From positions 1-59,801 of the forward strand of contig DATJVB010000036.1 of the NCBI GenBank assembly GCA_035502055.1: a DNA stretch of 59,801 bases, given 5' to 3'. The notes under the pieces were generated by a model. That model ran no database searches, had not been told where the DNA came from, and worked only from the letters and a program-made list of their open reading frames with translations. Each line of letters opens with the position of its first letter. Positions within the stretch are counted from its first letter, which is position 1. Source of the stretch: Thermoplasmata archaeon. Lineage in GTDB: Archaea > Thermoplasmatota > Thermoplasmata > Lutacidiplasmatales > UBA184. This document shows positions 18,597-27,623 of the stretch, one piece after another. A program made the position numbers and the translations under genes.

Positions 18597-19088
18597 CTAC
18601 TGGGGTCGCCGCTGCCGCTCGATGACGAGCTTCCCGTGGAGGTTCGTCGCGACCTCGAGGTGCGTCGGTCCGACCTCGAGGATGACGACCTCGCCCGGCG
18701 CGAGCTTGTGCTGGATCGCCGCGGCGGCGACGGGCGGGCGGACGGTCTCGGCGACGGCGACCACCGAGGCCTTCGCGATCCTCGGCAGCCTCCTCGCGGC
18801 GCGCGCCTTCGAGAGGGCGGCGGACGCGGTACCCTTCGCGACCCCGGCGAGCCAGTAGACCCGCTCGCGGCCCTGCCGGCGGACGCTCAGCACTCTGCGC
18901 TTCACGAGGGTGCGCAGCGCCTGGTAGACCGAGTGCGGGGGGACCTTGGAGCCGGCGAGGTCGTCGACCTTCGCCTGGATCGTGGAGGTCGGCACCGGGC
19001 CGGTAGGTTTCAGCGACGCGAACGCGTTCTCGATCAGCTTGCGGGCGCCGTGCCGGGTCCGCGCGGTCGCCTTGGGGGGTTTCGCCAT
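18597..19088 (-). CDS. Winged-helix DNA-binding protein (hypothetical)
   Basis: This is track ORF 18597..19127; the likely start is ATG at 19088 (MAKPPK). The wHTH-like segment is STIQAKVDDLAGSKVPPHSVYQALRTLVKRRVLSVRRQGRERVYWL. An A/T box (GATTTAG on the minus strand) lies about 30 nt upstream. Confidence 0.5.
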   Translation of the reverse strand: MAKPPKATARTRHGARKLIENAFASLKPTGPVPTSTIQAKVDDLAGSKVPPHSVYQALRTLVKRRVLSVRRQGRERVYWLAGVAKGTASAALSKARAARRLPRIAKASVVAVAETVRPPVAAAAIQHKLAPGEVVILEVGPTHLEVATNLHGKLVIERQRRPQ

Positions 19089-19272
19089 CGGCGGACCGAC
19101 CCGAAGGAAGGCTAAATCAGTTCGCATCCCGGAGCCCGGTGGAAAGTGTAACTGTTCGCACCGACCGTTATAGGTCCGGAGCGGGAATTCTCCCTATTCC
19201 ATGACGCCGGGCCCGCGGGACCGGGGGGTCCGGACCCCCGGCGGGGCCCCGCCTCCGGCCCGGACCGGCCGG

Positions 19273-19575
19273 TCACGGGGAGGAGGGTGGGCCCGCCGGG
19301 ATCTGGTGGCCCCAGATCGGGAACACCGACCACCGGTGGCAGAGCGGGCAGGCCATGTATCGGGACCTGCCCAGCCGGATCGCGGAGAACGCGGCCCCGG
19401 GGACGAAATCGAGGTCGAACGTTCTGCCACATTTGGGACAGGTGAGCCTCGCCCGGGAGACGATCCCCGGGGTACCCAGCCGTCGGTTCCGGGAGTAGAC
19501 CCAGGCGTAGTACGCGACGGGGAACGCGACGAGGGCCACCGCGACGGCGATCCCGACGACGCCGGCGAGGCTCAT
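19273..19575 (-). CDS. Small membrane protein with a CPxC..CPxC zinc ribbon
   Basis: ATG at 19575 lies in frame in track ORF 19273..19875. The sequence MSLAGVVGIAVAVALVAFPVAYYAWVY is a TM helix, followed by CPKCGRTF...ACPLCHRW. The start overlaps the upstream stop (ATGA). Confidence 0.6.
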   Translation of the reverse strand: MSLAGVVGIAVAVALVAFPVAYYAWVYSRNRRLGTPGIVSRARLTCPKCGRTFDLDFVPGAAFSAIRLGRSRYMACPLCHRWSVFPIWGHQIPAGPPSSP

Positions 19576-19994
19576 CGGTCCACCTTCCTCCGGGGAAGTC
19601 GGGGAGGTCGACCGCGCGCGACGGACCGCCGGAAGAGCGCCTCGACCCGGCGGACGAGCACCGCCACCGGTTCCGCGACGAGTGGGATCTCGGGATCCGA
19701 TCCGGCCGAGGGTCGCACCCGCTCGTCGACGCGGGCGGCGTCGGTGTAGAGCGCCCAGTCCGCGGCGGCGGCGGCCGTCTTCCGTCGGATCCCCCACATG
19801 AGCTTCCGACGATAGACGGGGTTCGGGAACGCCCGTCGGAGCGCCCGTTGGGAGGGATCCCCCGCGCGATCGCACTCGACGACGAGCCCGAGGAAGGTGC
19901 GCTCCCGCCGGCTGAACACGCCGAGACCCCGAACGCCCACCGTCCGGGTGCGTATAACGTTACTGAAATCCGTAACGAACCCCGGCGGCCGCAC
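19572..19994 (-). CDS. Hypothetical protein, possibly a small HTH protein; start uncertain
   Basis: 140-aa track ORF with good GC3 bias. A TTATAC box on the minus strand around 19950 suggests the real start is an internal GTG (19940 or 19919; VFSRRERTFLGLVVE..). It is translationally coupled to the zinc-ribbon gene. Confidence 0.4.
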   Translation of the reverse strand: MRPPGFVTDFSNVIRTRTVGVRGLGVFSRRERTFLGLVVECDRAGDPSQRALRRAFPNPVYRRKLMWGIRRKTAAAAADWALYTDAARVDERVRPSAGSDPEIPLVAEPVAVLVRRVEALFRRSVARGRPPRLPRRKVDR

Positions 19995-20045
19995 CCCGTT
20001 CGGGGCGATCGGTTCCGACCGCCGGGCCGTCCCGTCGCCCCTGCC

Positions 20046-20366
20046 TCATACCGGTGCGCTCGCGTCTCGCGACCCGGGGATCGGCGTCGCGATCAGGACC
20101 CCGATCGCGAGGCCGACCAGGCCGACGAGCCCGCCGACCGTGACGAAGGCGGCGAGCGAGATCGGGAGGTCGCTCGCGATCCGCGCCGCCATCGCGTGGA
20201 GCGGAGCGAGCGCGGCGGGCTCGAAGACGGCGAGCAGTGCCAGACCGACCGCCCCCAGAACCAGGAGGACCGCGGCGAGGACGAGGAAGAAGCGCGCGAG
20301 GAGCCCGACGATCAGCCCCGCCAGGAAGAGGACGCCGTAGATGATGAGCCACGCCGGTACGACCAT
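20046..20366 (-). CDS. Small integral membrane protein
   Basis: ATG at 20366 lies in frame in track ORF 20046..21596. The sequence MVVPAWLIIYGVLFLAGLIVGLLARFFLVLAAVLLVLGAVGLALLAVF.. contains 3-4 TM helices. GGAGGGAGG lies upstream. Confidence 0.55.
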   Translation of the reverse strand: MVVPAWLIIYGVLFLAGLIVGLLARFFLVLAAVLLVLGAVGLALLAVFEPAALAPLHAMAARIASDLPISLAAFVTVGGLVGLVGLAIGVLIATPIPGSRDASAPV

Positions 20367-20476
20367 GGTCGCCTCCCTCCGCTCTCCGTGGTGGTGGAAG
20401 GGCCGGGATGCGGGGTAAGCCCTTGTCCAACCGGGCCCGGGAACAACGGGACCACCGCCCCGCGCGCCCGGGCGGA

Positions 20477-21592
20477 TCAGGTGGTCCGCGGTGGATGCTC
20501 GGCGTAGAACCGGGCGACGGCCCGGAACGACTCCTTCGGCTCCCAGGGCATCCCCGGGTACGTCGGCCCGCGTCGCCCGTCCATCGCGGTCTTCACGAGG
20601 CTGTAGCGCGGGAGGTCGGGATCGAAGGAGAGCTCGGGTAGCCTCCGGCGGTGCTCCGGGTCCAGGGCAACCCCCGGCTCGACGAAGGTGAAGACGAACG
20701 CCGCGTCGACCCCCAGCTCCTCGTTGACGCGGAGGAGGTCCGCGACCTCCCGCGCCTGCGCCTCCTGGTCGTAGACGTACTCGCCGGTGAGCCGGGGTGG
20801 GAACGTCGAGAAGTCCACGACCTGCCAGCCCCGTCCGCCGAGGAGCTCCGCGCCGCGGAACGTGCAGCAGCCGAACTCGAGGTTCGCGACCGGCTTTCCG
20901 AACGCGAGGTACCGCCGCACGGAGTCGGGGTACTGGGCGTAGGACCGCCCGTCCCGGTAGAGGTCGGCGCCGACGAAGTCGAACGGCGTCCAGTCGACGG
21001 CCTCGAACGGCAGCGATGCGTAAGTGAGCGGGCCGCCGAACGTCTCCCGGACGATCCGGCTCGCCGCGCCCAAGAATTCGTTGAGCGGCGCGTTGTGGGC
21101 GCCGCTCCGCACCCGGTCCCGTAACTCCGGGTGGGCCAGCCGCTCGAGGACGTTCGCTCCCGGAAGGAACCCCGCCGAGAAGAGGGTGACCTCGCTGCCG
21201 ACGCTCATCACGAGCCGGTCCCCGTGCTGCCGGCGCAGCCGCCCCGCCCGCTCCGCCGCCCGGCCCAGGTACTGGAGGGTCTCTTCCGGCGCCCGGTCCC
21301 ACATCTCGGGGGAGAACCACACCTCGAGGCCCTCTTCCAGGGCGAACTCCGACGCGCGCGCGAGGCGGTCGAGGTCGAACGCTTGGATGCGGACCGCGTT
21401 GCAGTGGAGGTCCCGGTGGATGATCTCGAGCTCGCCCCGGACGACGGCCGGGTCGAAATCGGGCCGCCAGTTCTGGCCGAGCATTTCGCGGCCGACGTCG
21501 AAGCAGACCCCGTTCCTCTGCACGGGGGACGCGAGCCCCGGGCCCCCAAAAAGAGCCGGGCCCGCTCCGGCGCCCGGCGGGGCGGGCGGCAC
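20477..21592 (-). CDS. TIM-barrel glycoside-hydrolase-like protein (GH5-like clan)
   Basis: 371 aa. A (beta/alpha)8-like alternation carries candidate catalytic acids in VGSEV and NLEFGCC, and a DLHCNAVRIQ strand. The assignment is by pattern only. Confidence 0.5.
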   Translation of the reverse strand: MPPAPPGAGAGPALFGGPGLASPVQRNGVCFDVGREMLGQNWRPDFDPAVVRGELEIIHRDLHCNAVRIQAFDLDRLARASEFALEEGLEVWFSPEMWDRAPEETLQYLGRAAERAGRLRRQHGDRLVMSVGSEVTLFSAGFLPGANVLERLAHPELRDRVRSGAHNAPLNEFLGAASRIVRETFGGPLTYASLPFEAVDWTPFDFVGADLYRDGRSYAQYPDSVRRYLAFGKPVANLEFGCCTFRGAELLGGRGWQVVDFSTFPPRLTGEYVYDQEAQAREVADLLRVNEELGVDAAFVFTFVEPGVALDPEHRRRLPELSFDPDLPRYSLVKTAMDGRRGPTYPGMPWEPKESFRAVARFYAEHPPRTT

Positions 21593-21644
21593 GCATGAGG
21601 GGGGCCGCGCGTCGCGCTCGGGGTGACCTTATCGTGGGCCCGGG

Positions 21645-22850
21645 ATGGGAACGCCCAGGATGTCCCGCCGCTGGGCGATGGCCGGGATCATGGTCGTCGC
21701 GCTCGTCGTGCTGCCGACGGTTCTAGGGGGACCGATCCACTCCGCGTCGGCGGCGCCGAGCGACGAATTCCGCGCGTGGTGGAACGTGTCGCACGGACCG
21801 GCCCCGCCGGCGGCCGCGGGCAACATGATGGCGTACGACGGCGCGGTCGACCGGTTCGTCTACTTCGGCGGCTGGAACGGAAGCGTCCCGCTGAACGGGA
21901 CGTGGCTCCTCGACCCGGCGAACGGCTCCTGGAGCCCGCGCCATCCCGCGATCGCGCCGCTCGCGCGGGCCGATGCGGCGATGGTCTACGATCCCGTCGA
22001 CGACCTCGTGTACCTCTTCGGAGGCTGGGCCCAGTACGCGAACGGCACGATCTACCGGCTCAACGACACCTGGTCGTACTCCGTCGGCCTCGACGCGTGG
22101 ACCGAGCTGCCCAACGGCGAGGCGCCATCGCCGCGTTCCGACTCTGGGATCACCTTCGATCCGACGGGCGGTGTGGTCCTCTTGTTCGGGGGCTTCTCGG
22201 GAACCGTCTACCTCGGCGGCACCTGGTCGTACGACCCGGACCGGCACGTCTGGTCCCAACTCACCGTGGCGGGTCCCTCGCCGGGGAACCGGGCCGACGG
22301 GCGGCTCAGCTTCGATCCCGCCCTCGGCGCGAGCCTCCTGTTCGCCGGGAACGACTTCTCGGGTCCCAACCTCACCTTCCACCACCTCAACGATACGTGG
22401 CGGTTCAACTACACCGACCGGACCTGGTCGCGCGTCGCGACCGCGAGCTCCCCGCCGGCGCGGGACTACGCCATCCAGGGCGTCGATCCCCGGTCGGGAT
22501 GGCTCATCGTCTTCTCCGGGTACGGCAACCGGACGATCCTCAACGACCTCTGGGCGTTCGCCCCCGGGAACGCAACGTGGTGGCCGATCGCGCTGCCGTC
22601 CCCGCCGCCCCCCCGGTACGCCGGCACCGGCGGCTTCGAGGACGCGGGCGAGCGGTTCGTCGCGTTTGGCGGAGCGGGGAACACGGGGCTGCTCAACGAC
22701 ACCTGGACGCTCAACGGGACGCCGGCGCCTACGACCGGGGGCACGGCGACCGGGTCGCTCCTCGTCCTCGTGGCGATCGGACCAACCGTCGGGGCGATCG
22801 CGGTCGTGGCGGCGGTCGGTCTCCGGCAGCGAGGACGGAGACGCGACTGA
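21645..22850 (+). CDS. Kelch-repeat beta-propeller surface protein with a C-terminal TM anchor
   Basis: 401 aa with a signal peptide. The repeated units are MAYDGAVDRFVYFGGWNG, MVYDPVDDLVYLFGGW, ITFDPTGGVVLLFGGF, LSFDPALGASLLFAGN and FEDAGERFVAFGGAG, each followed by NDTW. The terminal TM is followed by RQRGRRRD. Confidence 0.8.
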   Translation: MGTPRMSRRWAMAGIMVVALVVLPTVLGGPIHSASAAPSDEFRAWWNVSHGPAPPAAAGNMMAYDGAVDRFVYFGGWNGSVPLNGTWLLDPANGSWSPRHPAIAPLARADAAMVYDPVDDLVYLFGGWAQYANGTIYRLNDTWSYSVGLDAWTELPNGEAPSPRSDSGITFDPTGGVVLLFGGFSGTVYLGGTWSYDPDRHVWSQLTVAGPSPGNRADGRLSFDPALGASLLFAGNDFSGPNLTFHHLNDTWRFNYTDRTWSRVATASSPPARDYAIQGVDPRSGWLIVFSGYGNRTILNDLWAFAPGNATWWPIALPSPPPPRYAGTGGFEDAGERFVAFGGAGNTGLLNDTWTLNGTPAPTTGGTATGSLLVLVAIGPTVGAIAVVAAVGLRQRGRRRD

Positions 22851-24108
22851 CCGTCGGCACGGCCGGCCCCGACGCCGGAGGCGGATCCGCCGGCGCGCGC
22901 CCGGTCTGGGGGGAGGAGAGCCCGGAGGCGAACAGCGGGGTGAGGTTCCCCGCCTCCGCGACGCGGGCGTTGAGGGCGGGAAGTCCCCAGTCCTCGTCGA
23001 TGAAGCGGAGGATCGACGTGTGGTCCAGCACCGACGAGTCGACCCCGCCGCCGCGGGTGAACGGCGAGACGATGAGGAGCGGCACGCGAAGCCCGTACCC
23101 GAGGGCATCGATCGCGGGCGGCGCGACGCTGTCGTAGTAGCCGCCCCCCTCGTCCCACGTGAGGAAGATCGCGGTCGACGGCCAATCGGGGTTCGCCTCG
23201 ATCGTCGCCAGGACGGAGAGCGTCCAGTCCTGGCCCACGGTCACGTTCTCCGGCGGATGCTCGCTCACGGTCGGCGACGCCTCGGGATCGATGTACGTGA
23301 CGTTCGCAAGCGGACTCTGCGCGAGCTCGGAGAGGAGGTCCGTGTCGGGCGCGACGTTCGCGACCTCGCTCGGCGACTGTCGGAGCGGGGCGACGTCGAG
23401 CACGATCGGCGTCTCGTTCCCCTCGGCGTCGTAGTAGTACCGCCAGCTGAGCCCGGCGTTCGACAGCTGGTCGAAGATCGTGGGGAGGTCGACCCCGGCG
23501 GCCGGCATCGCGTCGGAGTCGAGCCCGGCCGAGCTCCCGGCGATCGCGTAGAGCCGGTTCGGGACCGTCGGCCCGAGGACCGACGCGAAGTAGTGGTCGC
23601 AGAGGACGTACGTCCCCGCGAGCGCCCAGTATCCCGGGATCTGGGTCGCGTTGTAGTACCCCATCGGGGTCGCTTCGAGCGACCGGTTGTACGCCGCCAT
23701 CTGCTCGACGAACCCGTCCATCGCACCGCCGTCGACATCGGCGATTTCGCTCGGCCGGTCGTGCGGCAGGTCCGGCGTGCTCGTGCCGTTGATCCAGTAG
23801 GGCCCGACGGACGCCCCGCTCCCGTCCGGGAGGCGGACATCCGCCGGGAGCCCGAGGACGCCGGGGAACGTGCCGAAGTAGTTGTCGAAGCCATGGTTCT
23901 CCATCATGATCTCGACGACGTGGCGGACCGGGGTCCGCGCCGCCGGCGGGGGCCCGGGCTCCGCGGCCCGGGGGAACCACTCCGGCAGGGTGGCGAACAG
24001 GAGGAGCCCGACCGCGAGGACCCCTCCGAGGAGCACGATCCGCCGCGTCCGGCTCGCTCCCCGCCGGTCAAGGGACCGATCGGATGCCCCAGCCCCGCCG
24101 AGCGTCAC
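22729..24108 (-). CDS. Phosphoesterase-family protein (phospholipase C / acid phosphatase AcpA type), membrane-anchored or secreted
   Basis: 459 aa with an N-terminal TM. It has VVEIMMENHGFDNYFGTFPG, GPTVPNRLY, and LTWDEGGGYYDSV..GYGLRVPLLIVSPF..DHTSILRFIE-like motifs of the PF04185-type phosphoesterases. Confidence 0.85.
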   Translation of the reverse strand: MTLGGAGASDRSLDRRGASRTRRIVLLGGVLAVGLLLFATLPEWFPRAAEPGPPPAARTPVRHVVEIMMENHGFDNYFGTFPGVLGLPADVRLPDGSGASVGPYWINGTSTPDLPHDRPSEIADVDGGAMDGFVEQMAAYNRSLEATPMGYYNATQIPGYWALAGTYVLCDHYFASVLGPTVPNRLYAIAGSSAGLDSDAMPAAGVDLPTIFDQLSNAGLSWRYYYDAEGNETPIVLDVAPLRQSPSEVANVAPDTDLLSELAQSPLANVTYIDPEASPTVSEHPPENVTVGQDWTLSVLATIEANPDWPSTAIFLTWDEGGGYYDSVAPPAIDALGYGLRVPLLIVSPFTRGGGVDSSVLDHTSILRFIDEDWGLPALNARVAEAGNLTPLFASGLSSPQTGRAPADPPPASGPAVPTVSRVSVLAAGDRPPPRPRSPRRLVRSPRGRGATRSPCPRS

Positions 24109-24130
24109 GGCCGCGTACGCCCGATCGGGG

Positions 24131-24358
24131 TCACGGGCCCGCGGGGTACGAGGTCCGGATGAGCTCGAGCGCGCCGGGGGCGGAGTAGCCGGCTCGCGCG
24201 ACGATCCGGTCGGCGGTCCGGATCTTCTTGACGCCGAAGAATCGCCGCGTGACGAACAGCAGGTAGGAGTACCGCTTCATCGTGAACGCCACGATCGCCC
24301 CCTGCGGCTCGATGAGCACCTTCACGGTGTGGTGCTCGGAGATCCAGCGGCGCGCCAC
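24131..24358 (-). CDS. Small ORF resembling the C-terminal third of a GNAT acetyltransferase (possible remnant)
   Basis: 75-aa track ORF. In frame just upstream of its GTG the sequence reads PYFRRRGLATAVARRW, which is GNAT motif A-like (R-x-x-G-x-A). This is followed by VKVLIEPQGAIVAFTMKRYSY. The frame further upstream is junk that overlaps the methyltransferase 3' end. Confidence 0.3.
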   Translation of the reverse strand: MARRWISEHHTVKVLIEPQGAIVAFTMKRYSYLLFVTRRFFGVKKIRTADRIVARAGYSAPGALELIRTSYPAGP

Positions 24359-24380
24359 GGCCGTCGCCAGCCCGCGCCGC

Positions 24381-25577
24381 CTAAAATACGGCCCGGTCGC
24401 CGACGGTCTCCGCGTCCGCCCTCCGGAACGTGAGGGCGAGGTGCTCGGCCGACGCCTCCGCGAGCCACCGGTGCGAGTCGAGCCGACGGTCGAGCGCGGC
24501 GAGCCGGGCGAGCCCGGCCGGTCCGAAGATCCTCTCGAGCCGCGCGGAGGGGAACGGGGGGACGAGGATCGAGATCGCCTCGCCGGTCGACCTCCGGAAC
24601 CAGGGGGCGAGCGTTCGGGCGAGCCGCCGCGGCGAGAGGGGCCGGGTCGGGAGCCCGCCGACGGCGATCGACCGACCGGCGATCAGGCGGGCCCGGTCCC
24701 GTGCGGCGGGCCGGTCGGCCGCGGCGAGGAGGAACGCGAGCGGGGCGAACGAGAGCCGGTTCGAGAACCCCGCGACGAACGGGGCCCCGGGAACGAGGCG
24801 CCGCGCGAGCGGCTCCGCCCCATCCGCGACCCGGGGATCGAGGTTCAGCGCCCCGAACATCGAGTACGCCCCGTCGAACCGGGCATCGGGGTTCTCGACG
24901 GGGAGCGCCCCGAGTCGACCGAAGGTCCCAAGGTGCGTCGTGAGCCGGCCCGCGACGCCCGCGGCGTCCGCCGCCCGGCGGAGCTCGCCGAGCATCCGCT
25001 CCGAGGGATCGATGGCGGTCACCTCGTGGCCCGCGAGCAGCATCGGGACGGTTTGCGCGCCGGAGCCGGGGCCGAACTCGAGGAGACGGGCGGGGGTCGG
25101 GAACGTCCTCCGAAGGATATCTAGGGCCCGCGCCCGGAGGTACCGCTGGAACGGCTCGCGCGCGATGCGCGCGCCGTAAGTCGGGGCGAGCGCGTCGAAC
25201 GCGACACGCGCAGCCTCCTCGGCAGACCCCCCGGATTCGTCCGGGACGGCCAGCCGGACCGCGAGGATCCGCGTGCCGTCCCCGAAGTGACGGGCCCACG
25301 CCACCTCGCCGACCTGCCGTCGGGCGTCGGCGAGGAGCTCGGTCCTCTCGTCCGGGTCGACGGGGGCCCGCAGTTGCGCCCGCCGCCAGACTCCGTCGGG
25401 AAGGCGGAAGGCGACGTCGCCTCGCCGCTCGGCCGCCATCGCCCACCGGGGCGTCCGGGGCTGGACGAGGAGGTAGAGATCCGTCGGGGTCCTGAGTCCC
25501 CGCACCGGCAGCTCCTCCCCGTCGGCTCCCTCCACCTCGACAAGGAGGAGGATCGCCGGGGCGCGTCCGTCCGGCAC
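24381..25577 (-). CDS. Class I SAM-dependent methyltransferase with an about 130-aa N-terminal domain of unknown function
   Basis: GTG at 25577 lies in frame in track ORF 24381..26030, with AGGGGG 7 nt upstream. Motif I is LLEFGPGSGAQT. It also has EVTAIDPSERML and FDGAYSMFGALN. The track ORF N-terminus overlaps the divergent gene and is discounted. Confidence 0.8.
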   Translation of the reverse strand: MPDGRAPAILLLVEVEGADGEELPVRGLRTPTDLYLLVQPRTPRWAMAAERRGDVAFRLPDGVWRRAQLRAPVDPDERTELLADARRQVGEVAWARHFGDGTRILAVRLAVPDESGGSAEEAARVAFDALAPTYGARIAREPFQRYLRARALDILRRTFPTPARLLEFGPGSGAQTVPMLLAGHEVTAIDPSERMLGELRRAADAAGVAGRLTTHLGTFGRLGALPVENPDARFDGAYSMFGALNLDPRVADGAEPLARRLVPGAPFVAGFSNRLSFAPLAFLLAAADRPAARDRARLIAGRSIAVGGLPTRPLSPRRLARTLAPWFRRSTGEAISILVPPFPSARLERIFGPAGLARLAALDRRLDSHRWLAEASAEHLALTFRRADAETVGDRAVF

Positions 25578-25677
25578 CGACGACCCCCTTAACGGCGTAG
25601 GACCGGGCGGGATGAAGGCTCGCCGAGAGCCGTGCGGGGGTATTTTGACCCCGCCGCCGTCGGTCCCTCCGCGAACG

Positions 25678-26685
25678 ATGGCGTCGGACGCGGGGGCCAC
25701 GGTCCCGATCGGGACGGAGATCCCGGCGCAGACGTGGATCGCGACGTGCCTCGAGCTCGCCGCCGAGCACGAGACCGGCGTCCCGATCGACGAGCTCGCG
25801 TCGCTCCTGCCCCCCGAGGGTCGCATGTCGGAGACCGAGCTCGCCCGCTGGCTCGCCGGCCGCCCGGAGCTCGCCGAGCTGCGCGGCGGATGGGCGTTCG
25901 CTCCCGGTCGGGCCGGCGCGGAGTTCCTCGAGCGGCGGGAGCGGGCGGAGGGATTCGTCCGCGCGGCGCGCGAGCTCGTCGAAGGGCCGCTCCGCGGGAC
26001 GCTGCCGTGGCTCCGGTGCGTCGGGATCACCGGGTCGACCGCGTACGGGTCGGCCGACGCAGCGGACGACCTCGACTTCCTGATCGTCGCGCGCGACGGC
26101 TACCTCTGGCTCGCCGTCCTGCGGATCTACCTCGCGGTCCGCCGTCCGGCCCGGAACGGCGGGGGCGCGCCGAGGCCGCGTTTGTGCTTCAACTACGTCC
26201 GCGACGATGCGACCGTCCGCGCGGAGTTCGCCGCCGCGCGGGACCGGCTGTTCGCGCGGGAGGCGCTCACCGCCCGGATCCTCGAGGGCGACGCGTACTA
26301 CGCGGATCTCCTCGCGTCGGCGAGCTGGATCGGGGACCATCTCCCCGTCGTGTACGCCCGTCGCCGAAGGGGCCCGGGTCCGAGCGCCCCGACCCCCCCG
26401 CGGGCGCCGTGGCTCGTCCGCGCCGCGAACGCGGCCGCGTTCTTCGCCATCGCGACGTACCTCCAGGTCGTGGGGCTCCGCCGGAACGCGCGGCTCCGGC
26501 GCGACGGACGGCCCGAGGCGGTGTTCCGGACCTCGACGGCGCTCGGCGGGCTCTCGTTCGACTCGATCAGGTTTGAGACGATCCGCGCTCGCTACCGGTC
26601 GGCCACGCCGCCACCGTCTCCACCCGTCGCCACCGGACGTGGCTCCGACGCGGTGGGAGCTCGTCCCATAGCGCGAGGGCGATAG
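25678..26685 (+). CDS. Nucleotidyltransferase-fold protein (Pol-beta-like minimal NTase motif), function unknown
   Basis: This is track ORF 25612..26685; the likely start is ATG at 25678 (MASDAG). GITGSTAYGSADAADDLDFLIV matches G[ST]..G..x(n)D.D of the NTase fold. The C-terminus is low complexity. Confidence 0.5.
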   Translation: MASDAGATVPIGTEIPAQTWIATCLELAAEHETGVPIDELASLLPPEGRMSETELARWLAGRPELAELRGGWAFAPGRAGAEFLERRERAEGFVRAARELVEGPLRGTLPWLRCVGITGSTAYGSADAADDLDFLIVARDGYLWLAVLRIYLAVRRPARNGGGAPRPRLCFNYVRDDATVRAEFAAARDRLFAREALTARILEGDAYYADLLASASWIGDHLPVVYARRRRGPGPSAPTPPRAPWLVRAANAAAFFAIATYLQVVGLRRNARLRRDGRPEAVFRTSTALGGLSFDSIRFETIRARYRSATPPPSPPVATGRGSDAVGARPIARGR

Positions 26686-27544
26686 CGGCGGCCTCGAGGC
26701 TCACGAGGACGGGGAGGGCGCCCCACCGGCCGGAGTCGGCGGCGCACCGCCCCACGAGCCGCGCCGCGCGCGCCGGCGCGCGCAGGGCGACGCTCACGAG
26801 CGTCGTCGGGACCCGGCCCATCACGCGCGCCTGCCGGGCGTGGCCCGCGTAGATCCGCCGCCGCTGGGCGAGGTAGTCGCCGACGGTCGTGGGGACCCGG
26901 ATCCGGACCCGGGCCGCCGGGGCGTACGCGAGGCGGCCGTCGGCCTCCCCGAGGATCGCCCCCAGGTACGCCCCGTCGTTGATCGTCCCCTCGGCGAACC
27001 GGCACGGGACCGGCAGGCTCACGAGGAGGAGCTCGTCCGATAGGTGGTTGCCTTCCCCGTGGGAGAGGGTCTCCGCGTGGAGGGCGTCGTGGATCCTCCA
27101 GAGGAGGCCGATCGCCCCGGCGACGGCGCCGGTCCCGTGGTCGGGGGGCGGCACCGGCTGGCCCATGATCGCGAACGGCGCGGGCAGCCCCCGGGCGACC
27201 GCGAGGAGGGCGGCGATGGCGCCCGGCTCGGCGACCGCGTCCCCGTTCACGAGGACGAGGAGATCCCCGAGCGCCGAATCGAAGATGGTGTTGAGCGCGT
27301 CGGCCTTCCCCCGCCGGTCCCGCTGCTCGACGATTGCCACGCGCGGGTCGCCGTTCGCCGCCTCGCGGGCGCGCTCGACGGTGCGGTCGGTGCATCCGCT
27401 CGCGACGACCCAGATCGTGCGCCAGACGGCCCGGTCGCCGAGATCCTGCTCCAGGAGGGCGCGCAGCGCCGGCCCGACGGTCTCCTCCTCGTTGTGGGCG
27501 ACGATGCCCCCGACGAGAGCGATCGGCGGGTCGGGACCGGTCAA
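26567..27544 (-). CDS. Glycosyltransferase family 2
   Basis: 325 aa. VGGIVAHNEEETVGPALRALLEQ, VVASGCTDRT, and LVLVNGDAV (DxD-like) give the typical GT-A N-terminal layout. Confidence 0.85.
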   Translation of the reverse strand: MTGPDPPIALVGGIVAHNEEETVGPALRALLEQDLGDRAVWRTIWVVASGCTDRTVERAREAANGDPRVAIVEQRDRRGKADALNTIFDSALGDLLVLVNGDAVAEPGAIAALLAVARGLPAPFAIMGQPVPPPDHGTGAVAGAIGLLWRIHDALHAETLSHGEGNHLSDELLLVSLPVPCRFAEGTINDGAYLGAILGEADGRLAYAPAARVRIRVPTTVGDYLAQRRRIYAGHARQARVMGRVPTTLVSVALRAPARAARLVGRCAADSGRWGALPVLVSLEAAAIALALWDELPPRRSHVRWRRVETVAAWPTGSERGSSQT

Positions 27545-27623
27545 CGCCTCTTCCCGCCGTCTGAGCGGGGTGGTGTAACTTAAGACCCCACGTCAAGACC
27601 CACGCCGTGGGGACACGTCCGCC

